A stretch of DNA of 64,000 nt from Phormidium sp. (GCA_051013385.1 CP143273.1:128001-192000), one strand, 5' to 3'. Counted from the stretch's first letter, positions 19,803 through 31,064 are shown. Numbers and translations: made by a program. Notes: generated by a model not told the origin, from the letters alone.

Positions 19803-21494
19803 TTATTTCACAATTCCCGCAACTGTAGCGATTTCTGTCTCAACAATTTGCGGAGAACTTAAAAACCCTTTGGCATAAACTTGTCGATTACCTTGGGCAA
19901 TTTGAGTGTAAGACTGACGGACTTCCGCGTTTACTGCCACAGTTTTTACATCGTATAACTTAGTAGCTAATTTCGGATAGAAACCAATCCCAATTATTAG
20001 CACCAAAAAGCTAGCAGCGATGAAGATTTCACGGGGACTTGCATCTCTAAAGTGAGCATTTGCAGGTAACACGCAGCTAGTACCAAAGCAGACAGCTTCT
20101 TGATCTCCCGAAGCTTTGACAGTTTCATTACCCAGGTTGCAAATCGGTGCTGCACCAGAGTTAAAGAAGATTTGACGCAGCATTGAAAGCAAGTAAATTG
20201 GAGTGAGAATCACACCCACTGCGGCGAGGAAAACTGTAACTGTGCGGAAAGTAGAACTGTAGATATCGCCTGTAGTTACACCCACGAAAACCGAGAGTTC
20301 GCTAGCAAAACCGCTCATTCCAGGGAGTGCTAAAGATGCCATTGCGCCTGCGGTGAACAGTGCAAAAACCTTCGGCATTGCTTGACCAATTCCGCCCATT
20401 TCATCTAATGCTAGGGTATGAGTGCGATCGTAAGTCACACCAGCCAAGAAGAACAACACCGCAGCAATTAAACCGTGAGAAATCATTTGCAGCATTGCGC
20501 CACTCACACCTAAATCAGTGTAGGAAGCAATACCCAGCAACACAAAACCCATGTGGGAAACGGAAGAGTAAGCGAGGCGGCGCTTCATGTTAGTTTGACC
20601 AAAAGAAGTCAACGCGCCATAAACAATGTTAACTACACCTAAGATTGCTAAAACCGGAGCAAAGTAAACATGAGCATCATTGAGCATTTCCATGTTCAAG
20701 CGAATTAACCCATATCCGCCCATTTTCAGCAATACACCAGCCAAAATCATCGATACAGGAGCCGAAGCTTCACCATGGGCGTCAGGTAGCCAGGTGTGCA
20801 TCGGGAAAATCGCGAGTTTAACACCGAAAGCAATCAGTAAACCCGCATATAGTAAGAGTTCTAGTACTAATGGGTAATTCCTTGTGGCGAGTTCTGCCAT
20901 ATCAAAAGTGATATTGCCACCGCCGTAAAGCCCCATTGCTAAGGCTGCTACCAAGATAAATATAGAAGCTAATGCAGTATAAAGGATGAATTTTGTAGCG
21001 GCGTAACGGCGTTTTGGGCCACCCCAGATGGAGACAAGCAAATAAACGGGAACTAGTTCTACTTCCCACATGATGAAAAGTAGTAACAAATCTTGAGCGA
21101 CGAAAACCCCAATCTGTGCCGAATATAGTACCAGCATCAGGAAGTAGAATAGGCGGGGTTTGCGATCGACTTGCCAAGCCGACAAAATCGCTAAAGTAGT
21201 CACAAAACCAGCCAGAAGCACCAGTGGTACAGATAGTCCATCCACCGAAACTGACCAGTTAAGACCTATCTGCGGTACCCAAGCATACTTTTCCGCGAGT
21301 TGAAAAGTAGCAGTGGTTGGATCGTAATGCTTCCAGAAGGCATAGCACATCAACACAAAATCTGCGATACCTACGCCAAGAGCATACCACCGCACGCGCT
21401 TGCCATCTTTGTCGGGCAATACGGGAATCAGCAGGGATGCTACCAGGGGGAGCAGGACGATCGCAGTCAGCCAGGGAAATTGAGCTTCTATCAT
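19803..21494 (-). CDS. ndhD: NAD(P)H-quinone oxidoreductase subunit 4 (NdhD2-like)
   Basis: FPWLTAIV start, [36 protein letters not shown]. Confidence 0.95.
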   Translation of the reverse strand: MIEAQFPWLTAIVLLPLVASLLIPVLPDKDGKRVRWYALGVGIADFVLMCYAFWKHYDPTTATFQLAEKYAWVPQIGLNWSVSVDGLSVPLVLLAGFVTTLAILSAWQVDRKPRLFYFLMLVLYSAQIGVFVAQDLLLLFIMWEVELVPVYLLVSIWGGPKRRYAATKFILYTALASIFILVAALAMGLYGGGNITFDMAELATRNYPLVLELLLYAGLLIAFGVKLAIFPMHTWLPDAHGEASAPVSMILAGVLLKMGGYGLIRLNMEMLNDAHVYFAPVLAILGVVNIVYGALTSFGQTNMKRRLAYSSVSHMGFVLLGIASYTDLGVSGAMLQMISHGLIAAVLFFLAGVTYDRTHTLALDEMGGIGQAMPKVFALFTAGAMASLALPGMSGFASELSVFVGVTTGDIYSSTFRTVTVFLAAVGVILTPIYLLSMLRQIFFNSGAAPICNLGNETVKASGDQEAVCFGTSCVLPANAHFRDASPREIFIAASFLVLIIGIGFYPKLATKLYDVKTVAVNAEVRQSYTQIAQGNRQVYAKGFLSSPQIVETEIATVAGIVK

Positions 21495-21543
21495 GGCCTT
21501 GAGCAAAAATACTTATTTATTCGATGTTTATATTGTATTAAAC

Positions 21544-21562
21544 TTCGTAACAATTTAGTAAC
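21544..21562 (-). promoter_or_regulatory. HLR1-like (RpaB) direct repeat upstream of ndhD
   Basis: Minus strand GTTACTAAATT-GTTACGAA, 11-bp period; imperfect match. Confidence 0.45.
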
Positions 21563-21612
21563 ATTTTTTGATAAATCTTTTCCTCCTATAGGTATATAGA
21601 CTTATCTATACC

Positions 21613-21772
21613 TGGGGAGATGAGGAAATGGGGTGATGGGGAGGTGGGGTGATGGGGGGATGGGGTGATGGGGAGTGATGGGGTGATGGGGAAGTTTAAC
21701 TCAAAACTCAAAAAACGAAGCTAAGAACTCCCCCCACCTCCCCACCTCCCCACCTCCCCACCTCCCCACCTC
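21613..21772. repeat. G-rich (GATGGGGT-type) then C-rich (CCCCACCT) 8-mer tandem repeats
   Basis: Direct reading; the two blocks are roughly complementary and lie between divergent ndhD and psb32. Confidence 0.85.
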
Positions 21773-21838
21773 CTCTGCCCCTCTGCCCGATAAAGATATA
21801 AAGTATTTTTGGGGAAGTTTTTTTTAAGGTTCGATCCC

Positions 21839-22564
21839 ATGCAACAGTTCTTATATCACATTTATTCTGGGAGAAGATATCTCCAACGTCTGTTTTTGTC
21901 CTTAGTATTAATGGTGTTAGCAATGCAGAGTTTTGCGACACCAGCTAATGCTACAGGTGCTTATGATATACCCAGTTTAGTAGCGGGGGAAAAAACTTGG
22001 ATTATCGACCAAGCAGAAGTTCTCAGCCGTATTAGTGAAGGGCAAATTAACAATACTTTAGGAAATTTGGCTTCTGAAACCGGAAATGAGGTGAGATTTG
22101 TCACCATTCACCGCTTAGATTATGACGAAACCGCCCAAAGTTTTACCGATAAACTATTTGAAAGATGGTTTCCCACACCGGAAACCCAAGCTAATCAAAC
22201 TTTGATAGCGATCGATACTGTAACTAACACCACAGGAATTCGCACTGGGGAAAAAGTAAAATCTCTGATGTCGGATGAGATTGCCCAAAGTGTGGCTTCC
22301 GAAACGGTATTAGTGCCTTTGCGAGCAGGTGACAAATACAATCAAGCTTTTGTGGATGCAAGCGATCGCATTTTTGCAGTATTATCTGGTAAACCCGATC
22401 CTGGTGCGCCCGTAGTTGCCGACAATTTAAAAGTAGAAAGTACCTTTAAAAAAGCCGAAGAAACTGATACTGGCGGTTCAACTATTTGGGTTATTGGCTT
22501 ATTAATTGCTGCCACCGTAATTCCAATGGCAACCTACTTCTGGTATCAGTCTATGGGTTCTTAA
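21839..22564 (+). CDS. psb32: Photosystem II repair protein Psb32 (TPM domain)
   Basis: Signal peptide, ATGAYDIP..IIDQAEVLSR, RFVTIHRLDY, C-terminal TM ATVIPMATYF. Confidence 0.88.
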   Translation: MQQFLYHIYSGRRYLQRLFLSLVLMVLAMQSFATPANATGAYDIPSLVAGEKTWIIDQAEVLSRISEGQINNTLGNLASETGNEVRFVTIHRLDYDETAQSFTDKLFERWFPTPETQANQTLIAIDTVTNTTGIRTGEKVKSLMSDEIAQSVASETVLVPLRAGDKYNQAFVDASDRIFAVLSGKPDPGAPVVADNLKVESTFKKAEETDTGGSTIWVIGLLIAATVIPMATYFWYQSMGS

Positions 22565-22965
22565 TCCTGAATGTACTCTTGTCCATTCACTAAAGCCAAC
22601 TCAGCCCGGACAAACTCTCGTCCCAAATAACCAGCATGATCTAAATAAGTAACGGGACAGGGCTGAGTTTCTTCCAAAATTTTCACACAAAGTTCCTTGG
22701 CAGTTCTGCCAGTATATAAAGTTGTGTGAGTCCGTTCAACTTTACCTTTGGCAGGAATTACTTTTCCGGTTTCTGGATCGACAGCTAAACCACGTTCATC
22801 AATGACATTAGTGTAATGTTTGGCGCAGATCAATCCGGCTTCTCTATCTAAATAGATAATAAAATATCCGGCAGGGTCAAGCTTAATATCACGTTGAGAA
22901 AGTCGATCGTCAATTAATGCAAGGTCTTGTTTAGTTTGAGTCATTTCAGGCGAACTAGATGGCAT
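22561..22965 (-). CDS. DUF4346 domain protein
   Basis: LDPAGYFII..GRTAKEL..LDHAGYLGRE..RAE..YIQD. Confidence 0.8.
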   Translation of the reverse strand: MPSSSPEMTQTKQDLALIDDRLSQRDIKLDPAGYFIIYLDREAGLICAKHYTNVIDERGLAVDPETGKVIPAKGKVERTHTTLYTGRTAKELCVKILEETQPCPVTYLDHAGYLGREFVRAELALVNGQEYIQD

Positions 22966-23139
22966 AATTCCAAAAAATTAATCAACTCCGAATCGGAAAA
23001 CGATCGCAAAACACAATCTTACTCATCATATCAAATTTACCAGTAATTTCGACTAAAATTACCGTTTCTTTTGATTCTTCTTTGCGTCCTTCGCGTCTTC
23101 GCGGTTCCCTAAAAAATATTCTGGTAAAACCAAAGGATA

Positions 23140-24348
23140 CTATTCGTTTTCCAACTCCATCTGTAACTCAGGTTGCCGCTGACTGAAGGGAATATCCAAA
23201 TTAATTGCCTCAATTTGTTGCCTTTCAATTTCGTTAACTTCGCTAATGTAAGACTTGAGAATTTTGCTTAAGCGGGGGTGATAAAAGCGGTGGAGACTGT
23301 GGTTAGGAGTTGCGGGAAAACCTCGGCGTTTTTTATGTTGTCCACCTGCACCCGGATCGAACACTTGCACGCCATGAGCAATTCCCCATTCAATTGGGGT
23401 ATAGTAGCAAGCATCAAAGTGTAAACAATCTATCTCTTGGAAACAACCCCAATAACGCCCGTAAAGCCGATCGCCCTTATAAATACAAAAAGACATTGCC
23501 ATTGGTTGATGAGTATTTTGTTCGTTATAAGCAGCAACCAACAGAACGCGATCGCGATAACTAGAATAAAGTTGCTCAAAGAACTTTTTCGTTAAATATT
23601 TACTACCCCACCAGCCAAACTTGTCACAATGATGACTGTAGAAATTGTACATTTGTGTCAACAAAGGCTTAGAAATTTCCTCACCTGTTAAAGTGCGAAT
23701 TTGTAAACCTTCCTTTTCTACAGCTTTGCGTTCTCTTTTAATATTGCGCCGTTGATTGGCATTAAACACCCCTAAATAATCATCGAAAGTTTTAAAGCCT
23801 TCGTTTTTCCAGATGTAACTGTGGTGTAACCAACTAAAGAAACCGTGACGTTCCATAACTAGTCGCCATTCTGGATCGACATAGAGGAAATTACAACCGG
23901 AAATTTGATTACGATCGCAAAAATGATCGATCGCATTGATCATCATCTGGGTTAACTCATCCTCATCTTCCCCCGGCGCAATCAAAAATCGATACCCTTC
24001 CGCTGGAGTAACCGGAGTCATCCCCAACAATTTCGGATAATATTGAATCCCCAAACGGTTTGCCAAATCTGCCCATTGGTGATCGAAGACAAACTCGCCA
24101 TAACTATGACTTTTAACATAAAGCGGGGCAGCCGCAATTAATTGTCGATCGCGCCACACCGTTAAATGGTTCGGTAGCCATCCCGTTTGTCCCTTAGCAC
24201 TACCCGAACTTTCCATATTGTGCAGCCACTCCCACTCCAAAAAGGGAGTTTTTAAAGGCATTGCCAAAGCATCCCATTCAGATTGGGGGATTTGGGCAAT
24301 GTTATTAATCCAAGAAACCGAATAGCGAGGCTTAATTTGTTCTACCAT
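23140..24348 (-). CDS. FemAB-like GNAT protein (DUF482 type)
   Basis: KSHSYGEFVFDHQWA, YYPKL, LYGRYWG, LHFDACYY, GAGGQHKKRRGF. Confidence 0.88.
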   Translation of the reverse strand: MVEQIKPRYSVSWINNIAQIPQSEWDALAMPLKTPFLEWEWLHNMESSGSAKGQTGWLPNHLTVWRDRQLIAAAPLYVKSHSYGEFVFDHQWADLANRLGIQYYPKLLGMTPVTPAEGYRFLIAPGEDEDELTQMMINAIDHFCDRNQISGCNFLYVDPEWRLVMERHGFFSWLHHSYIWKNEGFKTFDDYLGVFNANQRRNIKRERKAVEKEGLQIRTLTGEEISKPLLTQMYNFYSHHCDKFGWWGSKYLTKKFFEQLYSSYRDRVLLVAAYNEQNTHQPMAMSFCIYKGDRLYGRYWGCFQEIDCLHFDACYYTPIEWGIAHGVQVFDPGAGGQHKKRRGFPATPNHSLHRFYHPRLSKILKSYISEVNEIERQQIEAINLDIPFSQRQPELQMELENE

Positions 24349-24401
24349 CTGGCCCAATTGGGAGCAAAAGTTCAAACTTTCTTTAAATTAATCCAATTTT
24401 G

Positions 24402-25085
24402 CTAACGTTGCAGCCGATAATGCAAGAAGACCTCTTGCTCTACTCTTTCCACAGCTAAAAGTTGCAACTTAGGAGCCAAATTAGTCAAAAAACCCGTACC
24501 TGCCACTGGAGTTGGCGCATTTTCTCCCCCTAAGATTAGCGGACAAACCGTAAGCCAAATTTCGTCCACTAAATCCGCCGCTAACAGGGAAGCCACCAGT
24601 TTCCCACCACCCAAAACCGCTACCTTTTGCAAACCCATTTCCGTGAGTTTTTCTCCAGCAGCTACCCAGTTAATCCCCCCCTCTACCATTTCAATTGCAA
24701 AGACTTTGTGAAACTCTCTTTTTTGCTGCCAAAATTGGGAACCATTAATAGTAGTGAATAGCCAACGGGGAACTTGCTGTTTAAAGAAGCGCAACTGGGG
24801 ATCTATTTTTCCCGAACTCGAACACACAATATGAATGGGTTGACTTCTTTTACCTTGCAGTTCTCGTAGTTTAAGTAACTCAGGATCGGAGATCGTTAAG
24901 GTTGTACCGTATGCTCGTAATGTACCAGCACCAAATAAAACCCCATCGACTAAAGCAATCTGTTTTTCTAAGTGCGCTTTATCAACCGCAGAACCAAATC
25001 TGGCGGGAGATGCTTGGGAGTCAGCAATTTTGCCGTCAGCACTCATCGCTAGAACTACAATGGTATAAGGGCGATTTGTCACCAA
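24402..25085 (-). CDS. RibD C-terminal reductase domain protein
   Basis: AMSADGKI, GAGTLR, LGGGKL..LVDEIWLTVCPLILGG. Confidence 0.88.
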   Translation of the reverse strand: MVTNRPYTIVVLAMSADGKIADSQASPARFGSAVDKAHLEKQIALVDGVLFGAGTLRAYGTTLTISDPELLKLRELQGKRSQPIHIVCSSSGKIDPQLRFFKQQVPRWLFTTINGSQFWQQKREFHKVFAIEMVEGGINWVAAGEKLTEMGLQKVAVLGGGKLVASLLAADLVDEIWLTVCPLILGGENAPTPVAGTGFLTNLAPKLQLLAVERVEQEVFLHYRLQR

Positions 25086-25339
25086 AACTTAAAACCTCTC
25101 ACTTTTACAATTTCTCTTGGGGATTTTTCACTCATTTTCGGGAGAAGAATAGCAGACAAGTTTCTTATAATGGTGGTTATCGATCGCTACGCAGTAGACT
25201 ATCATTAGCGTATACCAGTTATCTACTTTCAGGCATTCTATTATTCTTCCTACGTGGCGACATAATCCTTAGTCCTTGTCTGGTTGTTTACTACTAAGTT
25301 ACTACTTCCCTTTAACTATTAATTTTTTAGAGACTCGCT

Positions 25340-27304
25340 ATGGGTAAGCTAGGTCAATCTTCTTTTCGCCGCATTTTACTATCCCGTATCCTACTGTTAA
25401 GTGTACCAATATTATTAGTAGGGGAGTATGTAACATACAAAAAAGCTCGTTCTGCTTTGTTAGAAACTGCCCGCCAAAACTTAACAGAGAGTGCTGTGAG
25501 AAAGGGGGAAAGAATTGAAGAATTAATAGCTGCTTTGAAGTCTAACTTAATGGCAGCAAGTCAATCAGCTGTTCTCAAGTCTAATTCATCCATTCAAAGC
25601 AATCAAAATTTTATTTCAGAATTAGCTGCTCAGTTACCAACTAAAATACAGTGTATACAATTAACTAATTTTCAGACAAGTCAAGTTATTGCTGGTACTT
25701 GTGGCGATCGTCCAATTGTTTCTTTACCTCCTAATTTATGGACGAAAAAACAAACTGAATTACTGCCAGATTTGTCAAATGTTTATCTGACGACTCAGAT
25801 TAGCCAAAAAGCCATAAATAACACCAACAATCCCCTTAATAAAAATCACTTCCAACTGATTTTAAGTACACCTGTTTATAATAGTGCTGGTCAACTCCAA
25901 AATGTACTAACTGTAAAATCTATAATCAACCAACAACAACGCGATCTCTCCGGCTCTCTTTACGGCAATACAGTAGTAATTGACCAAGATGGTACAATTT
26001 TAGAACATCCCCAAACAGAGCGACAAGGAAAAAACATTTCTCAACAAAGAGATGCCTCTAGGCTAGAAGCAATCCTCAGAAATGCGATTAACGGACAACA
26101 ATATTTTCTTCACTTATCCGACTTTCAAGATGAGGGAGTAGAATCAGTAGTTGGTTATTCAGCTATTCCTAGTCCTTTAAGTAAACAAAAAAATACTAAA
26201 TGGGTAATCTTAGCAGTTGCTAATATCGATAATGCTTTGTATCGCCTGGAAGAAATTAAGCAAGTGTTATTAATGCTCACTTTAGGCTTAATCGCTGCTA
26301 TTTTATTAGCAACTTTATATTTGTCTCGTGACTTAGCACGCCCTTTAGAACAATTAGGTGATTACGCTTTAAATGTTGGCAAAGATCGCTCAACAGTGAA
26401 AATTACCCCGACATTTAAAATTAGTGAATTAAATCAATTAAGTGAATCTCTTGACAGCATGGTTGGGAGATTAACAATTTGGGCGGAAGAATTAGAAAAT
26501 GCTTGGAAAGAAGCGCAAACAGCGAACAAATTAAAAACCGAATTTCTCGCTAATACTTCCCATGAATTAAGAACACCTTTAAATGCAATTATTGGTTGTA
26601 TTCGCTTGGTGCGTGATGGTTGTTGTGACGATCGCGAAGAAGAATTAGACTTGCTACAAAAAGCTGATGATGCAGCGATTCACCTATTACATATTATTAA
26701 CGACATTCTGGATTTATCGAAAATAGAATCTGGTACACTTTCTGTAGTCATGCGACCTGTGGATGTGCGATCGATCCTCAAAGAAGTAATCGATTTGCAA
26801 ATGGTTCATATTAATCAAAAAGGCTTACAACTATTATTCACTACACCAGAACAACCTATTACAGTTCAAGCAGATCCAGCCAAATTAAAACAAGTTTTCC
26901 TCAATGTAATCGGTAACGCTGTTAAATTTACCGAAAAAGGTAGCATCACTATTACTACTACCTTAGAATCAATTCCTAGTAAACAAACCAACAATAACAA
27001 TTATTGGGTATTGGTAAAAGTCAAAGACACAGGAATTGGTATCCCAGTAGAAGAACAAAAAAAATTATTCCGTCCCTTTGTCATGGCTGATGGAACTAGA
27101 ACTCGCAAGTATGGCGGAACTGGGTTAGGTTTAGCCATTTCCCGCAAAATTATGGCACTAATGGAAGGTACAATTAATTTGCACAGTCCTGGCGTAGATT
27201 TGGGTACCACACTAGAAATTTCCATGCCAATAGTTAGTTCTGGCTTTTTTACCACTGGAACTGAATCCTCAACAGATAATAAAGCAGAAGTTCAAAGTTT
27301 GTAG
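25340..27304 (+). CDS. Membrane sensor histidine kinase (Cache/HAMP)
   Basis: Two TM segments, HAMP, SHELRTPLNAIIG, NAVKFT, DTGIGI, GGTGLGL. Confidence 0.92.
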   Translation: MGKLGQSSFRRILLSRILLLSVPILLVGEYVTYKKARSALLETARQNLTESAVRKGERIEELIAALKSNLMAASQSAVLKSNSSIQSNQNFISELAAQLPTKIQCIQLTNFQTSQVIAGTCGDRPIVSLPPNLWTKKQTELLPDLSNVYLTTQISQKAINNTNNPLNKNHFQLILSTPVYNSAGQLQNVLTVKSIINQQQRDLSGSLYGNTVVIDQDGTILEHPQTERQGKNISQQRDASRLEAILRNAINGQQYFLHLSDFQDEGVESVVGYSAIPSPLSKQKNTKWVILAVANIDNALYRLEEIKQVLLMLTLGLIAAILLATLYLSRDLARPLEQLGDYALNVGKDRSTVKITPTFKISELNQLSESLDSMVGRLTIWAEELENAWKEAQTANKLKTEFLANTSHELRTPLNAIIGCIRLVRDGCCDDREEELDLLQKADDAAIHLLHIINDILDLSKIESGTLSVVMRPVDVRSILKEVIDLQMVHINQKGLQLLFTTPEQPITVQADPAKLKQVFLNVIGNAVKFTEKGSITITTTLESIPSKQTNNNNYWVLVKVKDTGIGIPVEEQKKLFRPFVMADGTRTRKYGGTGLGLAISRKIMALMEGTINLHSPGVDLGTTLEISMPIVSSGFFTTGTESSTDNKAEVQSL

Positions 27305-27401
27305 TAACGACTTTAGTCGTACATTCCTCAAATAAAACGACTAAAGTCGATACAACGAACCAGCAGAATTGTAGGGTGCGTTAACGCCAGTGTAACGCAC
27401 C
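27301..27401. repeat. Two GTAG-led palindromic REP-like elements
   Basis: ACGACTTTAGTCGT..ACGACTAAAGTCG and GTAGGGTGCGTTA..TAACGCACC. Confidence 0.6.
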
Positions 27402-27449
27402 ATTCCAGCATCTTTAGGGTCAGCGCGTAAGTCCTGAGTTGATTAACTT

Positions 27450-27526
27450 CCCCTTGTCTTCTTGTCCCCTTGTCCCCTTGTCCCCTTGTCCCCTTGTCCC
27501 CTTGTCCCCTTGTCTCCTTGTCCCCT
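27450..27526. repeat. STRR-type 8-mer tandem repeat (CCCCTTGT)n
   Basis: About 9 imperfect copies between convergent genes. Confidence 0.9.
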
Positions 27527-27541
27527 TTAGATACCTGAAGC

Positions 27542-28564
27542 TTATGATAATTTAATCGGTTGTCCTCCTTGCTGTAATGATTGGGTTAAAGCATAGAGAA
27601 TTTCTACTAATTTCGTTCCCACCCAACCAGAAGAAACTGAAGAAGACTCATTTTTTTGAACACATTTTATAAAATGTTCGCAAACTTGTTTTAGTGGTTC
27701 AACTTTAGGAACATCAACAACTTCAAAACCAAGATTTTCTGGATTAAATTTGTTGCCAACTACGGCAAAATTTCCCTTTTGAATTGACAAAGGTGCTGTT
27801 GTTGATAACTCGTCAAAAATTAGTGTACCTTGACTACCAACTACACCTAAACGGCGTTGTTTATCAGTATTCAGCCAACTAACATGGATAAATGCTTGGA
27901 AACCGCTAGGATAAGTAAGAGTTACCCAAACTAAATCATAAAGTGGATTTTCTGTTGCCTCTGTGGGTTGCAACCAAAGTTTACCAGTAGCTTGAACTTG
28001 AGAGGGAGTTTCTGATAACCAATTGTTTAAAATCGCAATATCATGAATGGCTAAATCCCACATGGCATCGACATCGTAGCGCACAGGGCCTAAATTAGTT
28101 CGCGTCGCATAACCATAGCGCAACTCTCCTAAAATTCCTTGTTCCATCACTTTTCTACCTTGTGCTACTGCGGGATGAAACAGGTAAGTTTGATCGACTA
28201 CAAGTTGACGTTGTTGTTGTTCTGCTAAACGGCAAAGTTCTACAGATTCTTGAGGATTAAGAGTTAAGGGTTTTTCGGCTAAAACGTGATAGCCCAAGTT
28301 GAGAGCATCTGCAATTAATTCATAATGAGTAGAGGCGGGAGTGGCAATTACCACAGCATTTAATTGGGGTAATAGTCGCACTTGGGACCATTGGGTTGCT
28401 AAAACTACGGTATCATCTAATTGATGGCGCGATCGCAATTCCTCCAATCTATCCAAATTCGGATCGACTACAGCCGCTAAACGGACTTCAGGAAGTGCCA
28501 AAAAATTTCGCACCAAATGTACGCCCCAACGTCCCGCACCTAAAATCGCAATGTTAATAGTCAT
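27542..28564 (-). CDS. Gfo/Idh/MocA oxidoreductase
   Basis: GAGRWG, IATPASTHY, HVLAEKP, WDLAIHD. Confidence 0.92.
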   Translation of the reverse strand: MTINIAILGAGRWGVHLVRNFLALPEVRLAAVVDPNLDRLEELRSRHQLDDTVVLATQWSQVRLLPQLNAVVIATPASTHYELIADALNLGYHVLAEKPLTLNPQESVELCRLAEQQQRQLVVDQTYLFHPAVAQGRKVMEQGILGELRYGYATRTNLGPVRYDVDAMWDLAIHDIAILNNWLSETPSQVQATGKLWLQPTEATENPLYDLVWVTLTYPSGFQAFIHVSWLNTDKQRRLGVVGSQGTLIFDELSTTAPLSIQKGNFAVVGNKFNPENLGFEVVDVPKVEPLKQVCEHFIKCVQKNESSSVSSGWVGTKLVEILYALTQSLQQGGQPIKLS

Positions 28565-29273
28565 TTGCTTCCTTTAATTGCTCAAAAGCTTCTTTAGCAG
28601 CCGCTTGTTCCGCCGCTTTTTTGGAATGTCCTTCACCTTTTCCATAAGCTTTGTTATTCACTTTAACCACTGCATTAAACATTTGAGCATTACCCTTAAT
28701 TCGTTTCATTTCCATAACTTCATATATAGGCAAAACTTTGTAGACACTTTGGGTAAGCTCTTGCAATGCAGCTTTATAATTATGACGAGCCGGATCGGAA
28801 ATAATTTCTGCGGCTAACTCTTTGAAATGAGTATCAATCCAAGGACGAACTAACTGTAAATTTTGTGTACTTAAATAGAGAGCACCCATTACCGCTTCTA
28901 AAGCATCTGCTAATCTAGTTTCTCTTCCGGCGACATCGCCAGCAGCACTTTTATCTAACAGTAAATACCGTTCTAATCCGTAAGTATCAGCGATTTTTGC
29001 TAAGATGCGATCGCTCACCAGTTCCGCACGAATACCAGAAAAATCACCTACAGAAGATTGCGGGTAATTCTCCCACAAAAACTCTGCCGCTGCTAACCGC
29101 ACCACTGCATCACCCACAAACTCTAATTGCTCATAATTAGCTTCTGCTGAGAAAGTCGGATGAGTCAGCGCCAAGTCCAATAACTGCCACTTAACTGATG
29201 CAGTTTCAGGTATTCCCAGTTTTTGCACCAAGCTTTCTAATTGACTTTGGCGACGGGGATAGCTGAGATTCAT
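28554..29273 (-). CDS. rnc: Ribonuclease III
   Basis: EQLEFVGDAV signature, ADALEA, dsRBD NYKAALQE..GEGHSKKAAEQAAA. Confidence 0.96.
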   Translation of the reverse strand: MNLSYPRRQSQLESLVQKLGIPETASVKWQLLDLALTHPTFSAEANYEQLEFVGDAVVRLAAAEFLWENYPQSSVGDFSGIRAELVSDRILAKIADTYGLERYLLLDKSAAGDVAGRETRLADALEAVMGALYLSTQNLQLVRPWIDTHFKELAAEIISDPARHNYKAALQELTQSVYKVLPIYEVMEMKRIKGNAQMFNAVVKVNNKAYGKGEGHSKKAAEQAAAKEAFEQLKEANDY

Positions 29274-29307
29274 TACTACTGTTTATGTTTCCTTTGCAAT
29301 AAAAAAT

Positions 29308-29745
29308 GGAGAGAGCAAGTCATAAGCCGGGTTCTGTTCTCTTAACTATACAAGCTAAGAGGGCAGTTATCTATCTGGGACACCTGTTACCAGATGCCTC
29401 TAGCGGTACCTAATGACGGAACTGGTAAAAGACCAACCATAGTTCCTTCCACCTTGCTCCCAACCGGGGTTTACCGAGCCAACGCCTCTCGACGTTGCTG
29501 GTGCGCTCTTACCGCACCTTTGCACCCTTACCCTCTTAAAGTTATGAGTTTTGAGTTTTAAGTTTTGAATTAACTCATAACTCAAAACTCATAACTCATA
29601 ACTTCAAGAAGGCGGTATCTTTCTGTGGCACTATCCTCACGATCGCTCGCACTGGGCGTTACCCAGCAAGTTCGGTCTTTCGGGAGCCCGGACTTTCCTC
29701 AGACTAGCTTTCGCTACTCTGCAACCGCCTACCCCTACTCTCTCC
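29308..29745 (-). ncRNA. rnpB: RNase P RNA (type A) with STRR insertion
   Basis: Minus strand GAGGAAAGTCCGGGCT, AGTGCCACAGAAA, GGTAAACCCC, ACAGAACCCGGCTTA; ends GGAGAGAG/CTCTCTCC pair as P1. Confidence 0.97.
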
Positions 29746-29777
29746 TATATCTAGTTTAGTTGCGAATTGGGTTTTCC

Positions 29778-31010
29778 TTATCTGTTCCGAACAACTCGTT
29801 GCATTTTAGGTATAGGAACTGAACTGTTAATTTCTGTTTCAGAATCATCTTTAATTGTGGAAAAGTTCTCGAACCAACCCCTGCGCCAGAAGAAGTAAAC
29901 TAAAGCAGCAGCAACCGCAATCATTACAGCCCAGCAAGCTGGATAACCCCAATACCAATTTAACTCCGGCATATTCCAGGGGGATAGTTCTGTATTAAAG
30001 TTCATTCCGTAGACTCCAGCGATAAAAGTCAGGGGAATAAAGATTGTAGAAATTACGGTGAGCAATTTCATGATTTCATTCATTTTATTGCTAATAGAGG
30101 AGAGATAAACATCCATGAGTCCTGAACTTAATTCTCGATATGTTTCCACAATATCGATGACTTGGACTGCGTGATCGTAACAGTCTCGTAGGTATATTCT
30201 GACTTCTGGACTAATCAGGTTGCTACCATCTCGAATTAGGGTATTGAGTGCGTCTCTTTGGGGCCATATTGCCCGACGCAGTGCTAATAATTCTCGCCTA
30301 ATTTTGTAGATTTCTTGTAAAGTTTGTCGGGAGGGATTGCCAACTACTTCATCTTCTAATTCCTCAACACGTTCGCCATAAGCTTCTAAAACGGGAAAAT
30401 AACCGTCAATAATTGCATCTAAAAGTGCATAAGCTAAGTAATCGGCTTTTCTTTGGCGAATGATGCCTTTGTTGTAACGAATGCGATCGCGCACCTTAGC
30501 AAAACAATCTCGTTCTGGTTCTTCCTGTACTGTCAGTAAATAATCTTCTCCTAATACAAAACTTACTTGCTCAATATAAAATCCATGACTGTTGTCTTTG
30601 AGCATTACCATCCAAGCAATGATCACTATTTGCGTGTCAAAATCATCAACTTTGGGACGTTCGGGAACATTAACGACATCTTCCAGAACTAAGGCGTGCA
30701 AATTAAAAACTTTACTTAGTTTTACCCAAGTTTCTTCATTGCCTAATCCTAATACATCCACCCAAGAAACAGAATGAGTATCTAAATAAGGGGCACATTC
30801 TTCCGGTGTGTTAATTTTTAACCTAGTAGCTGAAGCTTCGTTGTAATCTATTAACACAATATCTGGTGGTGGAGCGTCTGAGGGGAGATCGATCGTCCCC
30901 GGCAGACTACCTGGTTCATCATAGTTGTAATCAAAGTAATCTTGTTCTTCCTCTTCTTCTATATCAGGATTTATACTCAGTGTTGCCGATGCAAAATTTC
31001 TTTCTACCAT
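29778..31010 (-). CDS. corA: Magnesium/cobalt transporter CorA
   Basis: YGMNF signature, MPELNW, two C-terminal TMs. Confidence 0.95.
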   Translation of the reverse strand: MVERNFASATLSINPDIEEEEEQDYFDYNYDEPGSLPGTIDLPSDAPPPDIVLIDYNEASATRLKINTPEECAPYLDTHSVSWVDVLGLGNEETWVKLSKVFNLHALVLEDVVNVPERPKVDDFDTQIVIIAWMVMLKDNSHGFYIEQVSFVLGEDYLLTVQEEPERDCFAKVRDRIRYNKGIIRQRKADYLAYALLDAIIDGYFPVLEAYGERVEELEDEVVGNPSRQTLQEIYKIRRELLALRRAIWPQRDALNTLIRDGSNLISPEVRIYLRDCYDHAVQVIDIVETYRELSSGLMDVYLSSISNKMNEIMKLLTVISTIFIPLTFIAGVYGMNFNTELSPWNMPELNWYWGYPACWAVMIAVAAALVYFFWRRGWFENFSTIKDDSETEINSSVPIPKMQRVVRNR

Positions 31011-31064
31011 ATCGGTTCAGATCAAATAAATAGTACCTGAGCGTAATATTACACAATTTTAATT

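Noticed and set aside
29400..29585. 61-aa ORF
   Set aside because: Falls inside rnpB.
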